A stretch of 64,000 nucleotides of DNA from Dictyostelium discoideum (Eukaryota). The stretch's first letter is position 1. Each line of letters begins with the position of its first letter. Positions 1-20,744 of the stretch are shown piece after piece. The DNA is taken from the NCBI GenBank assembly GCA_000004695.1, contig CM000154.2:4512001-4576000 (forward strand), given 5' to 3'. The notes beneath the pieces are model-generated. The model saw nothing but the letters and a program-made list of their open reading frames with translations, was not told where the DNA came from and searched no databases. The translations under genes were made by a program, and so were the position numbers.

Positions 1-5670
<5,670 letters not shown>

Positions 5671-6186
5671 AATAAAAATTTAATAACATTTACTACCATT
5701 AATTTTTGTCTCTCGTGAATAATTTTTTTTTAACAACATTGTCAATGTTATTAGTGTTTATATGTAAAAAAAAATTATTCACCAATTTCAAAATCATTGG
5801 AGTTTTAAAAAGAACCTTTTTCATTAACATTTTAAAATAATAATAACCAAAAATACTATAAACAACAACCTCTATAATATTTTTTATTAATTTTTCTACT
5901 CAAATAACCATTATTTATTTAAATAATTATTATTAAAATATTTTAATTATAATTTAATCTAATTTATATTAACTTTTTAATAAAAAAAATAAAAAAAAAA
6001 TAAAAAAAAATTTTTATAATAAAAAATTAATATTAATTTAAAAATAAAGTAGTATTTTAACAAAAAGGATAATTGTTTTTTTTTAATTTAAAAAATTAAT
6101 AAAAAAAAGCGAAAATGCGTTTTTCACCTTGGGTTTAAAAACGCATGCTGGAATGGCTCATGTGGTTTTTTTATTTTAATTTCAAT

Positions 6187-9100
6187 AGACCCACACGTCT
6201 CAAAATCATTCACACAATTAGGTCTTTTAAGTTCAACAGGTAAATGTCATACATTTTCATCGGATGCTGATGGTTATGTTCGTTCAGAAGGTGTTGGTAT
6301 CGTTGTATTAAAGAGATTAAAAGATGCAATCAAAGATTCAAATAATATCTATTGTGTAATCAAAGGATCAAGTTCAAATATCGATGGTAACTTTGATAAA
6401 TTAAACTTTTATTCACCATCAAAATAATCAATATCAGATTCATTGATTTGACCATTGGTTGATTTGATTGCTAATTTGATGTGTGAAACTCATGGTACTG
6501 GTACTCCAACTGGTGATCCAATAGAATTAGAAGGTATATCAAGAGTTTTCAATAATACTAAAATACCATCAACAACAACAACAACAACAAATAATAATAA
6601 ACAAGTTTTAGTTGGATCAATTAAATCAAATATTGGACATCTTGAAGGTAAGTTTATTAATTAAAAATTAAGTCTATAAATAACCAAAGTCAATCATTAC
6701 TAACATTAAATATTGTTTATAATTAATAACAGCATGTTCAGGAGTTGCATCATTAATTAAATGTTGTTTAATGTTTAAAAATAAACTATTTCTTCAAAAT
6801 ATTAATTTCAAAGAACCAAATCCATTAATTAATTTTAAAGAATGGGGATTAAAAGTTGTCACTGAACCAATTAAATTTAATGAAAATAAATCAACTGTCA
6901 TGTTACTTAATAACTTTGGTATAACTGGTAAAAATATATAAATTTTATCTTTTTTTTTAAGTTTATAAAATAAATAATTAACATTATATCATTAATTTAG
7001 GTTCAAATGTTTGTTTAATATTATCTGAATTTAAAAATAATAATCATAATGACTATAGTAGTGGAGTCGAAATTAATGAAAGAAAGAAATATTTAATACC
7101 ACTCTCAAGTAATTCATCAACATCATTAAATAATTATAATTAAACATTCAAATTCAAATTCAACCTCATCATCGACAATAACAACAACAAGTTTCAAAGA
7201 ATACATAATCAAATTAAATTCAAATCAACATCATTAATTCAAAAATCAGTTATAATCGCAAGTGATTGGAATGAATTTCAAGATGAAAATAATCAAATCA
7301 AATTAAATAATAGTGATAATTTAATTTCAAATATTACAGTTGAAAAAAAGAAATCACCAATCACAGTAATTGTATTATGTGGTTAAGGTTCACAATATAA
7401 TAAAATGGCATTATCATTATATGATAACGAACCAGTATTTAGAGAATCTGTCAATAGATTCGATAAAGAGTTATTCAAATATTATGGTTATTCAGTTTTA
7501 GATAAATTAAGATCAATTGATGAAGATTTAATATCAATTCATCATCCAATTTTAGCACAACCTGCAAATGTTATCATTCAAGTATCACTTTATGAATTAT
7601 ATAAACATTGGGGTGTTTCAGCAGATATTATCATTGGTCATTCTCTTGGTGAAATATCATCGTCATATTGTTCAGGTATGATTGATTTTCAAACATTATG
7701 CTACTTGACTTACCATAGATCAGTAGCTCAAAATAGAACCATAGGTACAGGTAGAATGTTATCAGTTAATATTAGTTCAGATGAATTCATTAATAAATAT
7801 CAATCTACAACTAGATATAAATCATTAGAAATTGCATGTTACAATTCACCAACATCAATCGTTATCTCAGGTAAAGAAGACTTATTAAATGAAATTACCA
7901 AAGATTTCAAATCAAACGATATCTTTTGTTCAATGTTAGGATTATTATCATCATTTCATACATCAAGTCAACAAATGATTAAAGATGAAGTATGTTCATT
8001 AAATATTTCATCGAAACAACCATCGATAGCAGTATTTTCAACAGTTACAACCAGTTTATTCGATCATCAAACTTCACCGTTCAATGCAGGTTATGCATTT
8101 AATAATATTCGCCAACCAGTTCGTTTCACACAAACAATAACAAATCTTTACAAACATATCGAATCAAATGATATGGGTAATGAAATTACATTCATTGAAG
8201 TTTCACCACATCCAACATTACAATATTACTTAAATCAAATGAAATCAACTCAATCAAGTTACTTTAATAATGGTAAAAACATTACAATCTATTCACCATT
8301 AAATAAAAAGAAGAATGATTATAATGAATTCTTAAAGACAATCTCTTTATTATTTGTCAATAATAATTTTGATATTAATTTCAAATCACAATTAATTAAT
8401 AACAGTATTAACCATACAAACCAATCAAATAATTTACCACTTTACCAATGGGATGATAAAGAATACTTTAAACTAAACTCATCACTTGAAAAGATTAAAA
8501 ATGAAGGTCCATCCATTCACAGTCTTGGTAATAATACAGATTCACCATATCCATCATATCAAACATTTATCGATATCAAGAAATTACCATTCCAATGGTT
8601 AAAAGGTCATCAAGTTAGTGATAAATTCTATTATCCAGGAATGGGATATGTTCACAATTTATTATCAATTTATCCATATCAAGATATTACAATTAGCTCA
8701 TTAGAATTTAAATCACCATTATTATTAACAGAAGGTATTAATCAATGTTTACAAACTACAATTGCACCACTATCAAAGAATGAATTCAATATTAAAAGTC
8801 ATTATAAAGATCAAAAAACAAATCAATGGATATTATCATCTCTTGGTAATTTTAGTTTAACCAAACATAACAGTATCATCATCAACAAATTAATTAATAT
8901 TCAATCATTAAAAGATAAATGCAATTTTACAATCATTCCAAAACAAGATTTTTATGAAACTATTAGAATTAAAGCAAATTTAATATACAAAGGTTTATTT
9001 CAAGGTGTAAAACAATGTCATATCGGTAATAATTGTTCATTAGCAATAGTATCACTAAATGAAATTTATAATCAAAAAGAATATAATCATTTAATTAACA

Positions 9101-10268
9101 ATGGCAATATGAATACATTCTTTAATAGGGCAATTTTAGATACTTGTTTACATGGAGTTTTAGGTGGATTTACAAAACCAGTCGTACTTGATAGAATTGA
9201 AGCTTTCAAATTTTACTCTTCAAATATTCCATTATTAAATGAAAATGACAATAGCAATAATAATGGTATTGTTTTAGATATATTAAAATATTTGGTTAAA
9301 TATTCAAATGATTCAATTGAAAATATAATAATACTTTCAAAATCAAAACTAAAATGGGAATTAGAATTATTAATCAATCAAAGCAAATTTAAAAAAGATA
9401 ATAATATTAAATTCCATTTCTATCAAATCGATATTGAAGATTCAAATAAAGTTAATCAAGTATTAAATCAATTAGAATTAAATGAAAATATTACAAACAT
9501 TGATTCAATCATTCATTTTGCATTTATGAATGATATTGTGATGTTCAACAAATTGATATGAATCGTTTAAATAATACACATGGTGCTAAAACGATTGGAG
9601 CAATTAATCTTCACAATCAATCAATTAATTGTTCATGGAATATCAAACAATTTATAATGGCATCATCAGTAGTTTCAATATTTGGATCAGATCAACAATG
9701 TTGTTATGTTAGTGCATGCAATGTAATCGATTCATTATCAAAGTATAGACATTCAATTGGATTACCATCTTTAGCCATTAATTTAGGTGCGATATCGTCA
9801 ACTGGTTTCATATCACGTAATAATGCAATTGAAACAATGTTTCAGAGTTATTTTTTAAAAATATTCTCACCTCAACATGTTATTAGCTCATTAGATTTAT
9901 TCATTCAAAATCAACATCAATATCCAAATTATTGTGTATCAGATTTCGATTTTGAAATTTTACCATCAACTTTAACAAACCAATACCATTCAAAATTTGA
10001 TTTTGGAATTAAATATTTCGCTGGTGATAATAATAATGGAACTATTCACTCAACAATTTTAAATAAAATCAGTGAATTATTATCAATTGACGAATCTAAA
10101 ATCAATGAAGATTTACAACTCACACAATATGGTATGGATAGTTTAGTAATTGTACAATTAAAGAATTTTATCGATAATCAATTAGGTCATAATATTATCA
10201 CAATTCAACAATTACAAAATAATAAAATCAATCAATCAATTGAAATCATTAAATCAGCTCACAACAAA

Positions 10269-10314
<46 letters not shown>

Positions 10315-10346
10315 GCAATAATAATAGCAATAATGAACTGGTATAA
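6187..10346 (+). pseudogene. Decayed PKS pseudogene (A/B lineage): starts at KS exon-4 equivalent, AT, part of DH, internal deletion of distal DH-CMeT-ER, part of KR, ACP, poly-Asn, then ends; lacks R domain
   Basis: The sequence from 6187 (acccacacgtctcaaaatcattcac...) parallels PKS-B exon 4. It keeps B-lineage introns (6654.. and 6931..). Disabling lesions: (1) a 55-bp micro-inversion at about 6426-6480 relative to B, with an adjacent 17-bp deletion that creates TAA at 6427; (2) TAA at 7384 converts GQGSQ to G*GSQ; (3) a DH...NDNSNNN/GIVLDILKYL fusion at about 9245 removes about 5.5 kb; (4) a frameshift at about 9540. ORF-track pieces 6455..6664, 7405..9561 and 9558..10346 are its fragments. 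Confidence 0.85.
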
Positions 10347-10862
10347 AAATAAAATTTGTGACGAAAAAAAAAATAATAATTCAAATATTAATTTGGTTTC
10401 ACATAGTTGTAAACATAATTAATTTTGTTTTTTAAATAACCACTTTGGGCAATTTATTGTTTATTTCCTTTTATGGATTAAAACTGATATATCAAAAAAA
10501 ATGTTAGCTAAGTAAATATTAAATAAATATTTATTTAATAACAATAATAATAATAATAATAATGTTTAATTAATAATATTACATAATATAATTGAAAAAT
10601 CTTTTTATATTTAATTAATAAATGATTACATTTAATCTCTTTTTATAACTTTTTTTTTTTTTTTTCTATTTGATCTCTTTTTTTATTATAAATTAAATAT
10701 ATGAATGTTTAGTAGTTTGAAATCATAAAACAATTGGGAATTTTCCTATTGTGGTTGAGCATTACGATGTGCTAAAATCCTAAATTATCTATCGATACAA
10801 GATTCACTTAGTTTTTCAAGAATATGAAATATAAAATAATAACAAATGTAATTTTTTTTTAT

Positions 10863-12288
10863 TTAATGATTGTTAATGATATCATTAAAAATCATTGATT
10901 CATTAATTTCCCAATCCTGATGATTATATGAACCAATTGAAATTAATAATTCTTTTGTGCTATTTGACATTTTGAATAAACTATTGATTTTAAAGCTTGT
11001 TAATAATAAATTTTGATTTTTGTGAATGTGGAATGTTGAATATCTTTTTGATGATTTTCCATTTGATTTTGAAACTAATTCAATCCATTCATAGAAATCG
11101 ATTTCTTTACATTTAAAACTATTTTCTAATACCCTATAAAATGATTTCATTTCAATTGAATCACCATTAAAATTATAAATTGAAATTGGTTTTGATTTAT
11201 TTTGATTCCAACTGTTTTCATTGAATATTAAATCGATTGTGGTTTTAGCTATAGTTGTAACTGGAGTTGTGAAAACTGATTTATGAATATTTGGATAATA
11301 ACCAATCTCTTTCGAAGATTTTATTAAAAGTGATATAAAATCATTTGAATGACCTATACCTGTTATTGGATTTGAGAATATATCTATAATTAAAATAGCA
11401 ATGAAAATAGTTATTGGAATATTATATATAAATATATAAGGTTAATACTAAATTAATTGATTGGAATCAATATATATTAATATGCTACATACCAGGTGGT
11501 CTAATAATGATTGATGGTATACCTCTTGATTCTGCTGCGTTTGTTAATAATTTCTCTGAAATAACTTTAGATTGAACATATCCAATTGGCGTAGAATTAT
11601 AACTTGGAACTAAATTTGTTTCTTCGAAATCCTCTTCATCTTTAAAAGGATGATTAATGAATACTGCAAGTGATGAAAAATGAACTATTAATTTTTGTGA
11701 GCTATTATTTGAAACTGATAATTTTATAACTTGATTAACGTTGTTGACATTTACAGTTTTACTTTCTTCATAGTTTGATTTTAAATCTAAATCTGCTGCT
11801 GAATTTATAATAATATCACATTCATTTGATAGTTTTAAATAATCTTGTTCAGTTAAACCAAAATTATCTTTTGAAATATCACCAATCGTTGGAATGATTT
11901 TAATTAATTGATCTTCACTTATTTGGCTATTATTATCACTATTATCACCACTTTCAATATTACTATTTAATCTTTGATTTGGTGATCCTTTGTTCATATT
12001 AATTAATTGGTGTTTCTTTAAATTATTAATAATTACATCGATTGGATTTGTTAATTTTGAATTATTTCTTATTAAACAATAAATTTTTGAGATATTGTTC
12101 ATTTTAATTAATTCTGTTAATAAATATGCACCCAAGAATCCTGTTGAACCTGTTAAGAATATTGATTTACTATTATTATTATTATTTAATATATTTTTAA
12201 TTGAATATGGTCTTGAAATGATTGATTCATTTAATTTAGTTTCATTTTTAATAAATTCATCAAGTGATTGTTGTTCTTTTTTAACTAA

Positions 12289-12356
<68 letters not shown>

Positions 12357-15300
12357 GAGCCGATTTAATAATTTCAATTGATTGATTGATTTTATTATTT
12401 TGTAATTGTTGAATTGTGATAATATTATGACCTAATTGATTATCGATAAAATTCTTTAATTGTACAATCACTAAACTATCCATACCATATTGCGTGAGTT
12501 GAAGGTCTTCATTGATTTTAGATTCATCAATCGATAATAATTCACTTATTTTATTTAAAATTGTTGAACGAATAATTTCATTATTATCACCATTACCACC
12601 AGTGAAAGATTTCATTTGATTTGATTTTTTAACAATATTAATTTCAAAATCAAATTTTGAATGGTATTGATTTGTTAAAGTTGATGGTAAAACTTCAAAA
12701 TTGAAATCTGATAAACAGTAATTTGGATATTGATGTTGATTTTGAATGAATAAATCTAATGAACTAATTACGAGTTGAGGTGAGAATAAATTAAAAATTG
12801 AACTCTTAAACATTGTTTCAATTGCATTATTACGTGATACGAAACCAGTTGATGATATCGCACCTAAATTAATGGCTAAAGATGGTAATCCAATTGAATG
12901 TCTATACTTTGATAATGAATCGATAACACTACATGCACTAACATAACAACATTGTTGATCTGATCCAAATATTGAGACTACTGATGATGCCATTATAAAT
13001 TGTTTGATATTCCATGAACGATTAATTGATTGATTGTGAAGATTAATTGCTCCAATTGTTTTAGCACCATGTGTATTATTTAAACGATTCATATCGACTT
13101 GTTGAACATCACCAATATCATTCATAAATGCAAAATGAATGATTGAATCAATGTTTGTAATATTTTCATTTAATTCTAATTGATTTAATACTTGATTAAC
13201 TTTATTTGAATCTTCAATATCTATTTGATTGAAATGGAATTTAATATTATTATCTTTTTTAAATTTGCTTTGATTGATTAATAATTCTAATTCCCATTTT
13301 AATTTTGATTTTGAAAGTATTATTATATTTTCAATTGAATGGTTTGAATATTTAACCAAATATTTTAATATTTCTAAAACAATACCAGTTTGACCAGTGA
13401 GTAAAATATTTTTACCAATATTTAATTTTGAAATATCATATAAATGTTTCATTATGATATGATTGTTATTACTTTGATAATTATTATAAACTCTATTAAA
13501 TTCATCTTGATTATGATTAACAATGATTTTACCAATATGTTTTCTTTGATTTATATATTCAATTGCATCTTTAAATTGATTATTTGAATATTCAATGATT
13601 GGTACACTTAACTCTAATTTATTTGAATTAATCATTTTGATAATTTTCTTTAAATAGCTTTTGATTAATTTACTAGTGAAATCGACAACTTCTACATTAC
13701 TATATGTCATATTAAATTTGAAATGATTATTTGTCATATAATCATTTGGTGTGAGATGAGTGATACTTAAATCAACGATACGTCCTGATAAATTTAAACA
13801 TTGGAAATTTGAATCCATATACTCTGATGATAATGTATTTAATATTAAATCTACACCTTGTTGTTCAACTTCACCTAATTCCATTAATTTATTCTTTATA
13901 TCTTTGACATAGTTTTTATTACGAGATGAATAGATAGCAGTAATTAATGATCCATATTTCTTTATTAAGTATTCTTCTTTATCTTTTGAACTAACTGTTA
14001 AAAATATATAACCTTGATGTTGTTTACTTTTTAATAAATCTAAAGATGATATACCAATACCACCTGCTGCTGAATGAATTAAAATTGATTCATTTGATTT
14101 TAAATTACCAATACTGTAGATACTATGTAATGATGTAATATAAATAGATGGTATTGATGCTGAAACTGAATGGCTATAATTTAATGGTTTATAATAAATA
14201 GAAGTGAAATCTACAATAACATGTGAACTACTTGCTTTTGAACCAATACCACAAACTTGATCACCAACTTTAAATTTCTTTACATTATTACCTAATCTTG
14301 TAATAATACCACTAAAGTCATTACCAATGTTTGGATTATCAATACCAATACCATTTTCAATTTCATACTCTTTACCATACTTAATATCTAAATCTGAACC
14401 AATCATACCGATATACATTAAATAATCTTTATAATTTATACCAGTTGCCTTAACTTCTATCTCTACTTCATTTGAATTTAATTTAGCTTTTTTACTATAT
14501 AATTGATATTCTAAATTTGAATTTAATTGAATATATAAATTATCTTTATTGGTTTCAAATGATTTAGATTGGAATATACTTTTAATATTATTTGATCTTC
14601 TACAATATCTTTCATAGTATACTTTATTATTATTAATTGTAAATTCTTTTTGAATATTATTATTTGGATTGATTAAATAATTGATTAATGATAATTGTTG
14701 ATTATTTTCAATTGAAATATTATCATAATTTAAAGTTAATAAATCTAATTGTGGGAATTCAACGAAATAACGAGCAGCACCAATAATTGATGATGATAAA
14801 TAATTATCAGTGGTTGAATTTAATGATAATAATAAATGTTTGAAATTATTTGATAATTCTAATTTTAATATTAATTGATTAATTTGAATGTATTCAAATG
14901 TGATCTCTTTGAAATTAAAAGTATTCATTGTTGATTCAATTGATTTTAAAAATATTATTAATGTTTTATTACAATCATCTTTATTTTGATAATTTGTAAT
15001 CCATGATTGAAATTCATTGTAATTACTAATATTAACGATTTTGTGTTTTAATTCTTGATTTAATCTTATTAAATTTTGTATACTACTGCTGCAGATATCA
15101 TTTTTATAACTATTAATATTTCTAATATTATTACTGTTACTACTAAATAAAATAATGTTATTGAAAGAATTTAATTGATCTAATGATATTGATTGTTCTG
15201 AAATGATTTCATTAATTGTTGGTTTTCTAGTTTGAATTAAAAATACTAAATTATCATTACCAGACATTATTGTATCTCTATAATTACATTGATTTAAAAG

Positions 15301-16028
15301 GTTAATCCATTTCTCTTGTTTCATACAACATCTATCAGGTCTTAATTCGATATCACTATCAGAGGATGGCCACCATTGTGAAAAACAACCGAATATCGAA
15401 TCAAAATAAAATGATTTGTATGGTGGTTCTATAAATAAAAGTTGACCATTTGGTGTTAATATATTATGAATTTCATTTAATGTTGGTTTGAGTTTCTTAA
15501 CGACATGCATAACATTTGACATTACAACGAAATCATAATAGGATGCTTTAAGATCTTGATCTAATAATGGTTTCTCTAAGTCTAATACACGATAGATAAT
15601 ATTTAAATTGTTATGATTTGTAAATGATGAGAAATTTTCTTTAATTTCAGCGAAAAATGATGCAGATACATCACTCCATGTAAATTCTATATTAATGATT
15701 GATGTTGTACTATTATCGTTTAATAATTTACAAATCTTTTCTAAAATTAATAAACTAAGACTACCAGTACCGCCACCTGCTTCTAATATACGAAATACAA
15801 TTGGTTCATTTAAAATTGGTTTTAGAGTTTCAACTATAATTTCACTTAATAAATTATTTGATGGTTTAATTACATTTGAATTCTTATAAAATTCATCTAA
15901 ATAACCACTTTCAAATAATGATTGTGGTGTATCTGTAATGGAATCATCATCTTTTAATGGGAATAACTGTTTTGCCATTACTTTAGTTGCTCTAATATAT
16001 AAATTTTCATAATTATTATAACCATTAC

Positions 16029-16080
<52 letters not shown>

Positions 16081-19000
16081 TATATTAGGATTGTTTTGGA
16101 ATTTTTTTAAAACTTCAAAAATGAATTTGAAAAGATTTTCATTTGCTAGACTATTATCATAATATAATTGTTTAAATTGATCATATTCTAATGTTGTTAA
16201 TGATTCTAAATTGATACTTGGACATCTTTTATTAATGTGTTTATAAAATAATGATGGTAATAATCCCTTTGAAATGAATCGATTTCCTTCTTCTTTGACA
16301 CTAAATTCATCTACTCTATATAAATGTTTGAATTGTTCAGGTTTATTGATCATAGAATCTTTTGATTGAAGATATGGTGTATAAATTTCATTTGATGGTG
16401 GTTTACAAATTATAGTACTATCAGGATTGGAGCCAACAATAGTGCAAACTACATTTCCAATATCAACTAATAATGTACCATTTGGAAGTATGATTTTAAT
16501 TGATCCTGAATATGTTTGAGAATTGGTTCTTGCTCTAATTTCAGAGTAAACATATAATTCTTTAATTGTATCATTATTATTGCTATTGTTGTTATTATTA
16601 AATGATGGATAATTTGAAGAGTAAAATTTGAAAGCTTCAATTCTATCAAGTACGATTGGTTGTGTAACTGCAACCAATACTCCATGTAAACAAGTATCTA
16701 AAATTGCTGTATTAAAAAATGTATCCATAATACTATTGTTCAATAAATGATTATATTCTTTTTGATTATAAATTTCATTTAATGATACTATTGTCAATGA
16801 ACAATTACTACCGATATGACATTGTTTTACACCTTGAAATAAACCTTTGTATGTTAAATTTGTTTTAATTCTAATAGTTTCATATAAATCTTGTTTTGAT
16901 ATGCTTGTAAAATTACATTTATCTTTTAATGATTGAATATTAATTGGTTCATTATTTTCAATATTATGTTTGGTTAAACTAAAATTACCAAGAGATGATA
17001 ATATCCATTGATTTGTTTTTTGATCTTTATAATGACTTTTAATATTGAATTCATTCTTTGATAGTGGTGCAATTGTAGTTTGTAAACATTGATTATTACC
17101 TTCTGTTAATACCAATGGTGATTTAAATTCTAATGAGCCAATTGTAATATCTTGATTTGGATAAATTGATAATAAATTGAGAACATATCCCATTCCTGGA
17201 TAATAGAATTTATCACTAACTTGATGACCTTTTAACCATTGGAATGGTAATTTCTTGATATCGATAAATGTTTGATATGATGGATATGGTGAATCTGTAT
17301 TATTACCAAGACTATGAATGGATGGACCTTCATTTTTAATCTTTTCATGAAACGAATTAATTTTAAAGTATTCTTTATCATCCCATTGGTAAAGTGGTAA
17401 ATTATTCAATTGATTTGTATTGTTATTATTGATTAATTGTGATTTGAAATTAATATCAAAATTATTATTGACATATAATAAAGAGATTGTCTTTAAGAAT
17501 TCATTATAATCATTCTTCTTTTTATTTAATGGTGAATAGATTGTAATGTTTTTACCATTATTAAAGTAACTTGATTGAGTTGATTTCATTTGATTTAAGT
17601 AATATTGTAATGTTGGATGTGGTGAAACTTCAATGAATGTAATTTCATTACCCATATCATTTGATTCGATATGTTTGTAAAGATTTGTAATTGTTTGTGT
17701 GAAACGAACTGGTTGGCGAATATTATTAAATACATAATCTGCATTGAATGGTGAGCTTTGATGATTGAATAAATTGGTTGTAACTGTTGAAAATACTGCT
17801 ATCGATGGTTGTTTCGATGAAATATTTAATGAACATACTTCATCTTTAATCATTTGTTGACTTGATGTATGAAATGATGATAATAATCCTAACATTGTAC
17901 AAAAGATATCATTTGATTTGAATTCATTGGTAATTTCATTTAATAAGTCTTCATTACCTGAGATAACGATCGATGTTGGTGAATTGTAACATGCAATTTC
18001 TAATGATTCATATTTAGTTGTAGATTGATATTTATTAATGAATTCATCTGAACTAATATTAACTGATAACATTCTACCTGTACCTATGGTTCTATTTTGA
18101 GCTACTGATCTATGGTAAGTCAAGTAGCATAATGTTTGAAAATCAATTATACCTGAACAATATGACGATGATATTTCACCAAGAGAATGACCAATGATAA
18201 TATCTGCTGAAACACCCCAATGTTTATATAATTCATAAAGTGATACTTGAATGATAACATTTGCAGGTTGTGCTAAAATTGGTTGATGAATTGATATTAA
18301 ATCTTTATCATCAATTGATCTTAATTTATCTAAAACTGAATAACCATAATATTTGAATAACTCTTTATCGAATCTATTGACAGATTCTCTAAATATTGGT
18401 TCATTATCATATAATGACGATGCCATTTTATTATATTGTGAACCTTGACCACATAATACCATTACTGTGATTGGCGATTTCTTTTTTTCAACTGTAATAT
18501 TTGAAATTAAATTATCACTATTTTCTAATTTGATTTGATTATTTTCATCTTGAAATTCATTCCAATCACTTGCGATTATAACTGATTTTTGAATTAATGA
18601 TGTTGATTTGAATTTAATTTGATTATGTACAAATTCTTTAAAACTTGTTGTGGTTGATGATGAATTTGAATGTTTAATTATTGATGATTTATAATTATTT
18701 AATGATGTTGATGAATTACTTGAGAGTGGTATTAAATATTTCTTTTTTTCATTAAATTTATTATCAATTTTGATTTTGTGATAACTATTACTTTTATTAT
18801 AACTAAATTGATTACCATAAAATTCAGATAATATTAAACAAACATTTGAACCTAAATAAAAAACATTATTAAAATATTAATTATTTATTTTATAATAATA
18901 AAATATAATGATATATATTTACCTGTAACACCGAAATTATTAAGTAACATGACAGTTGATTTATTTTCATTAAATTTAATTGGTTCAGTGACAACTTTTA

Positions 19001-20622
19001 ATCCCCATTCTTTAAAATTAATTAATGGATTTGGTTCTTTGAAATTAATATTTTGAAGAAATAGTTTATTTTTAAACATTAAACAACATTTAATTAATGA
19101 TGCAACTCCTGAACATGCTATTATTATTTATTATTATTATTATTATAGATAATATTTAATGTTAGTAGTTAATAATTGACTATAGTTATTTATATTTAAT
19201 TAAATTTAATTAACTTACCTTCAGTATGTCCAATATTTGATTTAATTGATCCAACTAAAACTTGTTTGTTATTATTTATTAATGTAGTTGTTGACGCTTT
19301 ATTATTGAAAACTCTTGATATACCTTCTAATTCTATTGGATCACCAGTTGGAGTACCAGTACCATGAGTTTCACAATAATCAATATCAGATTCATTGATT
19401 TGACCATTGGTTGATTTGATTGCTAATTTGATATTTTCATACTGAGATGATTTTGATGGTGAATAAAAGTTTAATTTATCAAAGTTACCATCGATATTTG
19501 AATTTGATCCTTTGATTACACAATAGATGTTATTTGAATCTTTGATTGCATCTTTTAATTTCTTTAATACAACGATACCAACACCTTCTGAACGAACATA
19601 ACCATCAGCATCCGATGAAAATGTATGACATCTACCTGTTGGACTTAGCATATCTAATTTTGTGAATGATTTTGAAATGTGTGGGTCTTTGAATAAATAA
19701 ATAAAATATCAAATTAATATCTTTTTTTTTTTTTTTTTTTTTTTTTTATCACATACCTAATATAAAATTAACACCACCAACAATTGAAACATTTGATTTA
19801 TTTGATTTAATTGAATTATATCCACAATTAATTGCATTTGACGAACTTGAACAAGCTGTATCAATTGTTAAATTTTCACCTCTATTTTTTAAAATTAATA
19901 TAATAGTTAAAATTATAGTTGTGGTAAAAGAAAAGATAAATCAAAAACATACCTAAAATCAAAGCAATAACCAATTCTATTTGCAATAGAATGAGTTGTG
20001 GAACCAAAAATATTATTTTGAGTTTCCAATGGTGATCTTTGAAGATCATTATAATCAATAGTACTACTACCAATAAATGTACTTGTATTGGTACCACGTA
20101 AACTAATTGGATCAATACCACTATCTTCTAATGCTTCCCATACACCTGTTTGTTGATTTTATTTTAAAAATATAATTAATAAATAAATAAATATAAATAT
20201 CTAAATTTTTTGTGGAAAAGTTCAAAAACACTTAATAAATACATACATTTTAATAATAATCTTTGTTGTGGATCTATTGAACTGACATTATCATTGCTTG
20301 GATTAATTGCAAAGAAGATTGGATCAAATTGTTTCCATTCATCAAGTGGAAGTAAACCAGCAAACTTTGAAACGATTTCACCATTTAAATAATAATTATC
20401 AGACCATCTTTCAGAAGTTGTAACGATTCCATCCAATCCATTCAATAATTCATTAAATAATTGATTTGGTTTTGAAATTGATTCTTTTAAATTACCACTT
20501 GGAAATCTTAAACCAATACCAATCACTGCAACATCACCACTACCATCAACATCATCATAATCATTTCTATCCCTTATTAATTTATTATTATAAGTGCTAT
20601 TATTGTGAATATTTTCTGTCAT
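10863..20622 (-). CDS. Type I reducing polyketide synthase PKS-B, complete (KS-AT-DH-CMeT-ER-KR-ACP-R), 7 exons: complement(join(10863..11383,11493..18851,18923..19117,19219..19686,19757..19881,19953..20145,20247..20622)), about 3078 aa
   Basis: ATG at 20622 (MTENIHNN...), then [17 protein letters not shown] motifs: DTACSSS (exon 3), [14 protein letters not shown] and NIGHTEG (exon 4). AT: GQGSQ and GHSLGE. DH: [11 protein letters not shown]. CMeT: [14 protein letters not shown]: [11 protein letters not shown]: GMDSL. R: [14 protein letters not shown] and YVQSK. All introns are GTATGT/GTAAGT..AG, 71-109 bp. Exon lengths sum to 9237 nt (3079 codons) with consistent phases. The terminal exon 10863..11383 is colinear with PKS-A exon 2. 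Confidence 0.85.
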
Positions 20623-20744
20623 TTTTTTTCTTTTTTTTCTAAATAAAACAATAAACAAAATTATATAAAAAATTTTAAAGTATTTATAATTTTTTTTTTT
20701 TTTTAATCAAGTTAAATTTTCATTTAATTTTTTTTTTTTTTTTA

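Noticed and set aside
10690-10810. Moderately GC-rich stretch just downstream of the PKS-B stop (ttgggaattttcctattgtggttgagcattacgatgtgctaaaatcc...).
   Set aside because: Most simply the 3' UTR of PKS-B. It has no repeat or RNA-like structure that I could substantiate.
19196-20658. ORF-track fragments 19196..19651, 19882..20121, 20176..20658 (minus) and 20210..20392 (plus).
   Set aside because: 19196..19651 and 20176..20658 are KS exons of PKS-B with intron read-through at their ends. 19882..20121 and 20210..20392 are wrong-frame noise over those exons.
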